Positions 11,306 to 24,327 of a DNA stretch of 64,000 nucleotides are shown here, piece after piece; position 1 is the stretch's first letter, and every line of letters begins with the position of its first letter. Made by a program: the position numbers and the translations under genes. The stretch lies in the NCBI GenBank assembly GCA_050084985.1, contig JBITNC010000001.1, positions 197,594,001 to 197,658,000 of the forward strand, given 5' to 3'. The notes beneath the pieces are model-generated. The model searched no databases and was not told where the DNA came from. It saw only the letters and a list, made by a program, of their open reading frames with translations. Origin of the DNA: Nageia nagi (lineage: Eukaryota; Plantae; Pinophyta).

Positions 11306-14269
11306 AATACTAAAGAAGAAAATAAATAATAATTAGAAGCTCACCTCCTCATGTGGGGGACTCTCTAACGATAAATTTTCATCGCTAGCACTTCTACCTT
11401 CTCTAGCATTGGTATCTCCATGATCAAAGATTTCATATTTAGATCTATCAACATATTTAGAATCTTTGAAATGTATGATAGATGGTTCTCTTCATGCTTC
11501 CAATTCCTCCAAGGATATAGGTATAGTTCTACCCTAAACATGGAAAATATACATTAGCACAATAAATAACTACAAAAATATGACTACCAAAAAATAATGC
11601 ATGTACCTTTATGTGTTCATTTATCAAATGTACCTTCCAACGAGCTTATCTTTTTTCCTATGAATCATAGTTCATCATATCTATAGCAATATTTTCCTGC
11701 TTCCATTGATAGGTCTAATTTTGAAGTCACCTTCTCCTCAGTCATAGCCACCTTCACAAATCTATTTTGTTTGGATTTATAATTGTTGCAAAATACATTT
11801 TCAGGCTTTGTTTTCTTTTTAAGTATATTGCTAGGTTATACATTGATGGTATTGAAGTTATTATTATTGTTAGCCTACCCCTTTTCAGTTCTAGTATATA
11901 TGGTAAACCTTCATGTTGGTCCCTCATATAGTTATTAAAGTCCATATGCGACCAAATTGGCAAATGTGGATAAGAATTACATCTACCAATCTCACAGTGG
12001 TATCTCAACTTGCCACTCCTCTTGCTAGTATGCCATTTGCCTTGTAGACCATGTGCATACTTAGTGTTATCTTGTTACAAGTGAACATGATCAAACATAA
12101 TAAGTAAATTGTTTACTTGCATACTTATAATATTATTTCATAAAGAAATGTTGAAATGAATACTAATCATTTCAAAGTTAAATGTTGTCACCATAAGCTA
12201 GACCATCAATTGAAGTTTTTCTTATACCTATGCATTATTAAAACACATTAGTCAATAAACATTGCATGTATAATGATTCATACCAAGAATAATGCAATAC
12301 AAGGAAATGAAAGTGTTGTTTACTTGAGAACAAGCATAAGATCTTAAATTTGTTATTCTAAGTATCTCAAATGAAAGGGAGATATTTTGAGTTGTTTATT
12401 TTAAAATTGTTAGTAATTTCTAATTTTTCATGATGAATACTTTGAGTAATTAAAAATATATGATCATGTTGTTTTTGGTCATTTGGGGAATTTAGCTTAT
12501 CCATTTACCTATCATTTATATTTATGAAGATTTGATCTTATCAAATAATAAGGATTATTAGAATGCCTTTCCTATTTTTATGAGGATTGGAAAACTCTAG
12601 ATATGACATTATAAAACCTTTTTAAGATACTTTATACTAATGAAATAAATAATTGAAATTTTTTGCACATTAGATATCCATTAGTGCCAATTTTTTATCT
12701 ATCCTTGAAAAGGTACATCCTTACATATATCCTTTGCGTAGTGTTTTTGATCCATGTCATTTTTTTTCTCATAAATATGAAGGTACATATATTTAAATGT
12801 GTTCCATTGATGATCAAAACTATTTTGAATTTTCTATCTTTGAAATATAGTGTAATATATAATGATCCTCATAAATGTAATTGGATTGATTTGACCTCTA
12901 GCTTGTTTCTTCAATGTAGCAAAGATTTATGACTCGCATACAATTGTAGAGAGAAGATATGACCTACGCTTTGACGATGGTGGTAGAAAAATATAGTGTT
13001 CTTGGTATCCCTTATAGATTTAATACAATAATGAAATATGTGAAAGCAATCATTAGATGTAAAACCAAGTTAATATATATATATGTACTTATATGCACAT
13101 AATGAGTTACTCGTAATAGAAGTTGCAAGGTCATATACTTCTATGCATTCCCAAGGATAACAACATGCTTTACAAAGATAGCTCTTTAAAAAAAATATTA
13201 GTTTGGTGATTTTAACACAAATAATTTTTAGGTGTAAATCCAAAATTTGGATTTGCATATGCTTTAGATGTGATTTGAGATGGATTTAAGTGAGCATTAT
13301 GATTCTCTAGAAAAGGAAAACTTGAAAGTACTATAGAAGCAAACACTATTGTGATGTGGAAACACCATATTAAAATTATCATGATTAATGAGGAGAAAAA
13401 TGTTGCGGCATACAACACTTCTTAGTATATTTAGGATTGTTATATGTTGATATAATATTGCCCAACAATTAGAACACATTAAAATTTGGACAAACTTTAT
13501 CATTGGATTTTTTTAAGAACATGATTTATTTAAGAAATTTAATTTGACATTGGCCATACACTCATGAACTTATTCTTGGAAAGAGAGTAAGGTTTCATAT
13601 ACTCCATTTTAAAATTGACCATACAAATGGTAAGGAATACTCTATTTTATATTTTCAATCATATAAACTAGATGTCAAATAATTTGTAATCATACCAACT
13701 AGATTTAACAAACCATTTAATAACATAAATAATTATGAAACAACATGGTTTCAATCAAATTTGTATATAAAATACTTATAAAGAAACAAATATTTTAGCA
13801 TATAAATGTTAAAATCATAGAGAGAACTTGAGAATTTGTGTACTAATTATATTTAAAAACTAACAACCCTTATTAATTGTCTACTTAATCTAAATAATTC
13901 GTTTTAGCTTCTCAAATTGAAAATAAATATTTTTTTATTTATTAATATGTTTGCTAGTTTGATCCCTAGGGTTTAAATTAATTTTCTTGTAATCCTTTGG
14001 AGTAGGGATTGCTCTATCAAATTCATTCTTCTTCTGCAAATTAGATTTGATTTTCTATAGGTAGGGAAAATACAATCCAACTATTTTTCTAAATCTATGG
14101 CCTCTCCAAGCATTAGAGAAATAGTGAACTCATAGAAGCAAGGGCATCCAAAATGCATGGTGTTTTCCCATAGAATTAAACGTGTATTATATGAGTAAAG
14201 ATGGGTAAATGTAAATAATTTAAGGCACCATAATTTAATCGCATGAGTGACTCTAATCACGTTATTCTT

Positions 14270-15526
14270 GGTATGAATCATTTGACATACATTACTAATG
14301 GACTGAGTAGGGTTTTATAATTGAGATAGAATCAAAGCTCAATGATTTTAAAACTAACCATAAAGAGACAAAATTTGAGCACAAGGATTTGAAATGCATG
14401 ATGTCGACATATTTTCATTGATAAGAATAATCATACGATATGCACAAAATGGATACATTGAAATGGGAGGTTAGAATTTTGATGAAATGCCTCATCAAAA
14501 TATATTTTGATGGAATGCAATAATGGGAGATTATGAAATTGATGAGTAGCCTCATCAAAATGTACTTAGGAATTTTTTAATGACATACTACAAGAAGCAT
14601 ACTTTCATGGAGTGTAACACAAAAAACTTGTATGCAAAAAAAACCCTAAGATGCACTTGAACATTCATGTATTGCAAAATGAATAAATAGATATAGAGAA
14701 TTGGAAAACCTACCTGGTATTGAGCTTCGATACCTGTATGAGAGCTTCCTACAACATTCACATCCAAGCATGCACAAAAATAATAGGAATGAGAATGACT
14801 CTTTTTATTTTATTTAAATGGAGTTAATCAAACTTCATTTAATGGGTTATACAACATTCTATTAATCTTGCAATCCTTCACACATGTTAAACCATAGTGT
14901 GTTGGAGGTTAATCAACCTAGGTATAGCTTCTAATTGAAGTTTGATTAACCTCCACATTAATGGATGCATGTATGATGGTTGACACTCATTCAAATTGAG
15001 GTAGGCTGATATGACATGCAGGTTACTTGACCTATGTATAGTCCACATAAATATAGTTTGATTAACCTAGTCTATTAATGATGTCCTAGATATGCGTTCA
15101 AAGTGGAGAACTCAATATAATTGAGGTTAATCGAATATCATCGATTCTACAAGGTTAATAGAGCATCATCAATTTCTAAGTTAATTGAGCTATTCTTAGC
15201 CTTGAATGGTCATTTGATATTAGGGGTTAATCGAATGATGGTTAATCTTGCATAATCAAAGAACATTTATACAAGAATAATTGAAAAAAAAAAATTTAGA
15301 GAGGTTAATCGAACTTTGATTAATCTCGGATGGGCATGGGGGATGCCATACCATGATAGGAATGACCTAAAAACCCATGCAAATGAAGAGTTAAATGAAC
15401 CATATTTAGGTTGGGGCAATCAAAGTACATATACTCCCATGGCATGGCTTGACGGGTCATGCATGCATACCGATAGGATAGCGTGTTAAAGTATGGGGGA
15501 ATTCTAGAGGCTAGATAGCCAACACC
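14270..15526 (-). repeat. Right terminal inverted repeat (~1.25 kb)
   Basis: Reverse complement of 2322-3590, diverged mostly by transitions. Many GGTTAATCAA motifs. Confidence 0.85.
14390..14570 (+). pseudogene. PLS-class PPR gene fragment within right TIR
   Basis: Plus strand reads IIIRYAQNGYIEMGG*NFDEMPHQNIF*WNAIMG. Confidence 0.75.
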
Positions 15527-18500
15527 TTTTCTAAATTTGTATTACAAAATTTGATGAATGCCACAAATATGGAGACATATTGTAATGGATGGTTTCATTA
15601 TAGAATAATTTAAATAATTGAATTACATCCTTTTTCTCGATTTTAATTAGTATAATTTTAAAATTATAACGATATGACTCTTTTTAATAGTAACATTTAT
15701 GCAAGCTTTGATGATACCATCTTTTTAGTATGGGTTTATTAATTAAATTAAATTTTAAAGCTTTATTGTGAATTGGAAGGTGATGAATTTAATTACCTTA
15801 TGATTTTATGAAATAAGTTTAGTTGGGATAATGAGATGTTATGGATTTAATAGAAATTTTCCATTCATTATACTTAATCTCATTTAATTAGTACTATTAT
15901 GTACTTTATAGAGATGAATTGTAAAAGATGTGGATAACTATATGAATAAGAATGGTGAATTGAAATACATTTTAATGATTTTTATAAGTTTCTTCATGAT
16001 CGAGGAAGAGAGGTAGTCCTTAAGTGAGACCTTGACCCTATATAGATCAAGAACATAGCATTGAGTAAATGTTTGCCTTTCATAAGTTGAAATTATTTGA
16101 TATAATGGATTGGATTGAACAATCACGCATCTAGGATAGGATGCATGTTATTCCACTAAAAGAGTTGTCTTGATCCTCAATATACTCATAACAAAATCCT
16201 AGTATACATTTGGACTAAAAAGATGATAAAGTTTTGAAGACCCATAAAATGAATAAGATTGATCATGATGAACTCTTGTATACAAACCCTACAATGATTA
16301 ATATTCATCAATAATGTGGAAACTAAATAATAATCAAACAAGTTGTATATTTATACAAGGTGTTGTTGTATGTTATTTTCATAGTAGATCAACATGATGT
16401 ATCTCTATCTTATTTGTGTTAAGTCAATAAGTTTACATTTGATTACAAAACCTTGAGTCATACTTGTCTTCAAGATCCAATAAAGGTTTTAGGGGTATAC
16501 TCATTGATGTTACCTTTATGATGTAATTGTATAAGTTTCTATTCAATGAATAAATGGGATAGATCATTGTTTTGATAATTATTGGTCTATATTGAACGAA
16601 GGATATAATAATTAAGATATTACTATAAGAGAATAGATTCAAATTTAAAATGATAAATTTAGTTGTTAAAATAATAACAACATCATATGAGTAAGATAAT
16701 TAGTTCATAACCTAAATAAAAGCATCACTAAGATGAAAGCCATAAGTATCTTTATAGAGGACCATAAGTAAAGAGAAAAATATAATCTAAGGTGGTACAT
16801 GCTTAATCTCAAATAATGATCGATATAGATCAAATAGGTATGACACCTAAGGATGTAAACTCATAATGGAATGATAGCATATAATATAAATAATAGATCA
16901 AATCATCATGTGGCTAATGTAACATAGCATGCTATATTGATATGGATGGATTCAAATAGGACCATATGAGAAATGTAACAAATAGATACACTAAGGTTTT
17001 GTGTGTCTAAGAATATATGGATTATTCTATAAACTTTTCAAAGTGTTTGATATTATAAGTGTCAATTTTTTTTTGTGAACATTATTTGAATTTAAGTTAT
17101 AATGTTTGAAGAAGAAGATAGCAATTATAATGCCTTATATAGTGATGTTGGAATAAAATATGCACCCTTGGTTAGTTGAAAAGAAAAAATAAGGAGACTT
17201 AACCAAATATAGTGATCATTGGCTAAAGAATACTAATGATTGATGGTTGACCTAAAATTAAAGTCAATTGTGTGAGAATTCTTGTTATGAATTCATTAAT
17301 TGTTTACAACGACCATCAAAAATTTTGGTTCCTAATGTTAAAGAAGAGTGGACAAATTATTTGTTATGATTATACTAAACGATGAGATAATCTTATCCTA
17401 AAATATTTCCTGAGTGAGGACCACTCTATGCTACACTCCCTTACTAGGATTAGCCACCTTAAATATTTCTCAGGACTTATTATTACCCTTTGGTAGAGTC
17501 ATACTTTTAATGTTTTATTCCTTCTATCTAGTTGTGCATGTGGTATTTTTATTGTAAAGCATTGTTGAGTATATTTTATAAGATATTTTCTTGAGTATGC
17601 TTTACTTCACATCTCTTCATGAGCACACTTGGAATGACTAATGCCATTAAGTTTTATGACTATAGTTATGATGTTTTGAATGTATAATATAATTGTTTAT
17701 GAATATATGTTGATAAAGATAACTTAGATTTATTTTGAGATGTTATGTATTCTCACAATTAGATAAACCTAGAAGACCAATAATTGGTTCAACACTAATT
17801 ATTTCTAGGAGCGGTAATTGGGGTGATTTTTACTTTATATCCTTTTTAATAAAATGATTAGACAAAAGAAACCACTCAAGGATATTATTGATATGTTGAC
17901 CAAAATATCCATGGCTTCCTAAGATATGGGCATGGGGATGCCAGAAAACATGTTAAACCTAGCTAATATATATGGATAGGTTAGTATTCCATACCACTGA
18001 CAAGTTGTCAAATAGGGATAATAGATAATAAAATTATGATTACTAGGTGATGGTAACTTGTATTCATATTTCCTATGGTTAAGCATATACGAATATGATG
18101 ATTTTTCCATAAGGCGATGATGTTATACCTATATTTGATGGAAGATTACTTTAGGACAATCTATCTACACCTATGATATGAAGGGTTATTCATTGAGTGA
18201 AGATTTATAAGCTTATGGACAAGCATTCTCTTGGGTGATATGTGCCCCAAGTAGAAAACCACAACACTATGACTAGATTGTTCATAGGAAAAATCATGGA
18301 AAAAAATGGTGGGATCACTTATGTGGCATATCCACAATAGGGAGATTATTGTGAAGTGAACATTAAAAAGATTTTTATGAGGGTTGGTTAATTTGGATTT
18401 GGCCAATATTGCCACATGGGTGCTAACTAGCTAACAACATTGACATGCTCATGTGGATTACCTTTTTACATTCCCAAATTATTCAAGTGGTAAAAAAAAT

Positions 18501-18649
18501 AGGTCTAAATTTTAGGGTTTTGATGAAGTTGAGACTAGGTAGAGAGCTACAAAAAGTAACCCTCTCATCTCTAATTTTCTTCAGGTCCTTTATAGAAGAA
18601 TTGTCTGGACATTGAATTTCCTTAATACTATTGTGGGTTCTGTGTCTTA

Positions 18650-21365
18650 AAGTGGAGACATGGAAGAACTAAGTGTTCCTATCACCCTGCTTCAACAAAT
18701 TGATTTCCAACTTATACTTCCACTTTAGCTCTTCTTGTTCAAGAGTGTTATGTCAATGACCTAGTATTTCCCTTTCTTTCTAATGAATCTTTTGCATGCA
18801 TCTATGCTTTTGAAAATGATCCCCCATTACTTTCATTTGATCTTAAATATATGCTTTCCTCTTGGGAAAGAAACTAAATGTTTCTCTATTCCAAACCTTA
18901 AGATTTTTCTTGATGAATCTTAGTTCCTTTTCTCTTTGGGAAAGGGGCAATCGTAAAAAGCTCTACTTACACCAATTTTTTATATGATCTTTGAGGTTGT
19001 CATGTATTAACCACATCATTTCAAAATGGAAGGGGAAATTGAATTATCTTCTTTGCTCCTATGTTTCCTACAACAAGGGATCATGATCAAAGCTAAGTTT
19101 GGGATAGCCTATGAGTGTGGAGTACACAAACTTAGTAATATAGTCTTACAAAATTGGCAATCTATTTAACCTCTCTCAGATGTGAAACTCACCACATATT
19201 CCATTAGTCCAAGTAAACTTGGTTCTTCTTATTTACATATCCATAAGATTATTCTCGTTGATGAAATAAATAAAGTCTCTCATGCTGTCTATGAATCCTT
19301 CCACTTCCCATTTTATTAGAAGGATATATTGAAGAATTTAAATCTCTTGCTAAGATCCAGCTAATGCCCAAAAATGCTTCCCTCGTATATTCAAAAGAGG
19401 ACTAAATAGTTTTCCTCCCAGCATAAGTAGTTGGAGCATGCACATTTGTAATGATAAATATTTCCTTGGTATCCAAGGAAGTGAAAAGAATAGAACCAAA
19501 ATTAGAACTAGAGACAATCAACCTACCTTCCAACTTGTTACTATCCTACAAGAACATAGATCCCTCGTATTTGTCTATGGCATGAATAGCAACATACTAT
19601 GATTCTGTCCATATTTTTTTTAATAGAGAGGGATTTCCCTTCAATAAATTTCATCTCTTGAAGTAAAATAATCTATGATTTTATATCCTTTTTCAAAGCT
19701 ATTATTCTTTTGTATCTTTTGGGAGCATAGATCCCCCTTACATTCTAAGTTAGGATTTTCATTGCTATAGGTTTTTTCCTTCCCCCATCCCTCAAAAGGG
19801 TAGCTTGGGCTCCCTTTTCAATGTTAGCTTTAGTTTCTTGGAGCCTCACAAAATCTTTTAAGGGCCTACCTAGGTGTTCCTTTCCAATATTTCCATGTGG
19901 TTTCTTCTTTTGGTTTCTTATTCAACTTAGGGTTCTTGGAGTTTGAATCCTATTCCTCTCCCCAAAAACCTTCTAACTGCTATGAGTAATTGTATGGGAG
20001 CAAGGTTTCTCTCAAGTTGTACAATAGGGACTCAAAATTTCTTCTCATGTTGACCCTCCACTAGTGCAGGGAATTAGGTTTTTGGTACTGGTTCCTACAC
20101 ATCACTTGGATTCTCCACTTGTATTACATGCTCTTCTTAGGTATGTTATATAATTTTTCCCTTTATGTAATTAAGATTTCTTCTTATGATCTAAGTGCTC
20201 TTCTTCCTTTTCCTTCTCTTCCAACATAGCCATCAAGACTTCCCCTTTTAATAGTTGGGAGTCTATAACATGTAACATAACTCTCTCATAGGCAGAGTTT
20301 TACTTTTTTGGTTCCTTATCCTAAGGCTCCACTACCTCTAAACTAGGGATGGCATTGTGCATTAGAAATATGTTGTCTTCATTTTCCTTTAAAGATCCTG
20401 AGGTTTCTCCTTTATCTTGTATATGAGATGGGTATTTTCCTACTTATTATTCTTTTTTTGTTTACTTGTTTCCTCACTAGGCACCATGAAAAGGGATGGC
20501 CCTTCTACTTGTAAACCTCACATGTTTGAGGAGGATTCTCATACTCTATTGGTTGGGTCTATTCACCTAACTCAAAAAGTAAGTTAATAGAATTAGGTAG
20601 ATTGGTCATGGGGTAGATGCTAACATAGAGTCAAACAAATATCATGCAAGATTTGGCCCTGATGGCCTTATTGATGGTAATCATATCCCCTATCTAGTTA
20701 CCAATCCCTGCTAGGACTTCATCATGCATGTATTGTAATGGTATCCCCAGAAGCCTTACCCAAATTAGGACCAAGGTAATACTTTGGGTATTAGGATCAA
20801 AATTAGGCTCCCACTTCTTTAGAAAAATTGCTTATTTTTAAACCATCTATGACCCACCATACAAAACATTTTTAAGATATCCCAAGAAAAACTTTATCAT
20901 AAAGAACCCATTAGGAAGAGCAACAACATCAAATATTCCTTTAATTTTCCACTTCTAGAAGGCCCATTGTTTAATTGAATCAATGTTCGAATAGGGTACA
21001 ATAAACTTTTTTATCAAGTTTAGAGTCCCTTCCTCAGTAGTAATCTTGATAATTTCTAGAGGGATCTTGAGTTTTCCATCCAAAGCTTTCAGTTTAAAAC
21101 AAGTTTCCAGAGGAGAAATAATGGCTCCCCTTACCACTTGGGTATAGGAGAGTTTCTTCTTTCTTATTATATTCTATTCATGTGGACCCTTAATATCCAA
21201 AGGCTTTGGGTACATCATCTCCTCTAAAATCATATTGGAAATATCCTTAACTATTGAAGGATATTCTCATTAGTTGATGCTTTGGATCTGATATCCTCGA
21301 TCGATCACCATTCGACCTTCAGGCCTACCATGCCTATGTTTGCTCTCCATGCTTTGTACCCCTCC
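18650..21365 (-). mobile_element. L1-type LINE remnant (ORF1 DUF4283-like region plus ORF2 endonuclease), lacking RT
   Basis: ORF1 motifs LPNGFF..., FLKKWEPNFDP and LIWVRL (20540-21000). ORF2 start MKILT*NVRG at 19762, then FIITNVHAP (~19450) and FHFEMMWL (~19020). Confidence 0.85.
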
Positions 21366-21389
21366 ATAAATTGGCTCTTTTTTATCGCT

Positions 21390-21690
21390 CATGTATTTTT
21401 CATACATATCTACAAGGATTGTTATTACAATTTCATACAAAAGAAACCAACATCTAATTATTTGTTCATGAATATCGATGCCCCATTTTAAAGCTACAAA
21501 AATTGCATATATAGTCAAAATACTTGTAATAGTTGTTTAATCTAGTGTGAAACTAATCAATTGCATTTTCTAAAAATACTTAAGAGCCACTAAACCATGC
21601 TCATTCTATGCATATCCTATGATCATTACATTCCATGAGATTTTCTCTTCTAAAAAGATTTGTAGCTTCCTTAAGAAGCCCAAAATTATT
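21390..21690 (-). pseudogene. PLS-class PPR pseudogene fragment
   Basis: Reads ISWNVMIIGYA*NEHGLVALKYF*KMQLISFTLD*TTITSILTIYAIFVALKWGIDIHEQIIRC...ILVDMYEK, a typical P-L-S motif succession with premature stops. Confidence 0.85.
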
Positions 21691-22161
21691 TGAATTAAAT
21701 ATTTTTAGATTGTGATCAAACTATTTGAAGTAAATTTTTACTTGATATTATTGACTTATTTTACTTAATATTATTGATTTATTTTCTTTGAATTCCTAGA
21801 TATGAATTACTTATTGTGTAAAAGGTCTACACTCAATGGAGAAAGTAAGGGTGTTCCATTAGTATTTTTGTAGTTTTGTATGCATAGTATTTCATTGTGG
21901 GATATCTATGTCTATTTTGATTTTATGATGTATGTACAATATTTAGAGTGGTAATATCTCCAAAAAAAAGAACAAGGAATTAGATGCAAATGATAATTGG
22001 GGTTGTCACAATAAATTAGGAGCTATTGGTAGAGACCTCACACATCGATAAATGCTTGAAATTTGATAATGTTGTTTAATAGTGGTTGATCTAGGCATAG
22101 TGGAATTGATTATTTTTTTATTATTGATAGTGGTGTATTATAAAAAATGGTAAAATCTACT

Positions 22162-24327
22162 CACTACAAACATAAGAAGGCAACCCATACCATAAATGAA
22201 TTAAATAGTGAGAATACTCGAAATAAGATTGATTATACTTCAACTATATTCGAGAATAAGATATGCAAGAAGGTATGTAGATTGCACAAGAAATTTACTC
22301 ATGATGTTGTTTACTCATTATTATCATAATATATGGCATAACAATATTTGGATGGTGTCCAATGTATGGTTGTTGATATATGGTCAGAACACACTTCAAA
22401 CTCTAAATATCATATAAAGAGAGGACCAATAAGATGTTTACCATATTCAACAAATACATATAAGGTGGAGTGTACATATTAAAATGGTACACATTTATTC
22501 CTCATATTTATGTTTGTTCCTAATTTTCCTACCAACATGTTAGTTAGTTTATCGATTGACCTTGTCTAATGAATCCACCAATTCAGAATTGATCAATTGA
22601 TCCTTGAGATTATTTTTAGTATTTATTTCTACTTTCTTGTATTCATCTTGGAATAGAAAAAGCTTGCTATATAAGGTTCCAATTGTTAGTTTTCTTTGTA
22701 TATATATTGAAAATAAACCTAATTGCTCATTTTTGAATTTCTTTAATTTAGGCAATTGTGTGAAACCCTAATTGATCTTTACAATCTATAAGTATGCCAA
22801 TCCCTCTCCTTTTACAACCTTGATTTTTTAAGCACTCATTGCACTATCAAAATGATTCTATAATTATCTTTGAGTTATTAAGCACACTACTGATATTGTT
22901 GTTCTACTATCTTTATTTAATTTAACTTCATCTTAGGGTTTAGGCATAAATAATCATAGTTATGTAGATAACTTTTTGTATTGCATGTTAGATTAGGTAA
23001 ATCATAGCAAATTTCAACTAAAGTATTATTTGATGCATGATGAATCATAATGTAAATCCATTAATGTATGTTTTATTTTATATTAGATTTGTTATTTCAT
23101 GGTTAGTTTTATAATTTATCTTATGCTTTTTACATGATAATGTAGGTATGTATTGATAATATTTTTTGAGAATGTGTGTAAATAAGATTTGAATAATAAC
23201 ATGTATTCAAGACCATGAGGATTAAATATTAAATAAAAATATGGATGCAACTTGAAGAAGATGACAAATATACCATTACTAAAGCTTCATTACTAAAAGT
23301 GGATATTATTGAAAAATTATTATCAAAGTTTACAATCATTATTCAAAGTTTATATATCAATGAATAAGACCTCTGGGCAATTCTAAATTAATAAGAAGAT
23401 TATACATAATGATGAGGTCACATGACACACAATAAAATTATCCATTATTCAAAGTTTATCTATTTACTAGTAAGTTGTTGAGCAAGAGTAGAATTATCAT
23501 TGTTATCAAAACTCCATAGTAGAGAAGATATCATTGTTGTCAACACACCATTGTAGAGAATAGATATGAAGTCTAAAAAATGTACAATGAAGACCAACAA
23601 TGAAGTTCGATAATGAAGAATGAAGGCTGAAATGTAAGATCAAGGAAGATAATGAAGTCCGATAAAACAAGATAAATAATGATATTGAAGTCCAAAAATA
23701 CAAGGTGAAGTCCAAAAGTGCAAAGTGAAGTCTGAAAATAGCCAATGATGTTCAAAAATGAAAGGTAAAGTTTCATAATGCATGGTGGAGTTGTGATGGC
23801 AATATATCATCACAAAATAAATCAGTCATATTTATAGAGAAATAATTATTAGTATAGGAATAAAATTAATTTGATTTATTTTTTATTTTATAGTGCTCAA
23901 AATAAGCTTTACAACAAGTATATACATGCCTACCTTTGTCAAAACATTACCTAATAAATGAAGCTATCTATCAAAACATATCAAAAATAATTAGTCAAGC
24001 ATCAAAAACATTAGTCGGGGGTCAAAAACATTATTCAGGAATCATAAAATTTTGTCGAGTATAAAAATGAAGCTACTTGGAAGTAAAAAATGTAGAGAAT
24101 AAATTATGGGCATTTATCTGATAAGTTTTGAGCATTTATGCACACTTTGTTGAGCATCAATGAAGGTTGTTGAGGGTCAAAATACGCATAGTAAATGTCA
24201 GGTATTTATGAACAGTAAATGTTGGGTGCTTATACACAAGAAATGTTGGGCATTTATGTGTGTATAAATGTTGAGCATTTATGCATTGTGAATTTTGGGC
24301 ATTTATCACTATCATATTCTGTAGTAG
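22162..24327. mobile_element. Possible decayed non-autonomous CACTA-like element
   Basis: CACTACA at 22162, degenerate TGTAGTA end near 24320-24326, and ~7 subterminal TGTTGGGCATTTAT-like repeats at 24100-24307. No matching 3-bp TSD. Confidence 0.3.
23565..23775 (+). repeat. Degenerate TGAAGTC-motif cluster
   Basis: About 8 copies of (A/G)TGAAG(T/A)C at irregular spacing. Confidence 0.5.

Larger units (their letters stand above)
8030..13650 (-). pseudogene. Degenerate spliced MULE internal gene with C2H2-like and RING-like remnants
   Basis: Introns with canonical ends at ~8607-8716 and ~11533-11606, and a donor at 11345. 11900-12010 reads YHCEIGRC...PIWSHMDFNNYMRDQH (C2H2-like). ~8210-8300 reads CLICCREKFDLSQWELNILSCS (RING-like). 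Many stops. Outer limits uncertain. Confidence 0.45.
2322..15526. mobile_element. Mutator-like (MULE/foldback) DNA transposon, 13.2 kb, apparently non-autonomous
   Basis: Starts GGTGTTGGCTATCTAGCCTCTA and ends TAGAGGCTAGATAGCCAACACC (perfect inverted termini). Flanked by identical 10-bp TSD TTTTCTAAAT at 2312-2321 and 15527-15536. TSDs of 9-11 bp with long TIRs starting with G are Mutator hallmarks. Confidence 0.9.

Noticed and set aside
12400-13650. Possible MURA transposase or ParB-like domain in the 5' part of the MULE minus-strand gene
   Set aside because: No DDE or SWIM motif could be read, and the resemblance to other domains is too weak by eye.
15537-18600. Short ORFs in decayed AT-rich sequence
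   Set aside because: Random-length ORFs without motifs. Probably old retroelement debris of unassignable family.
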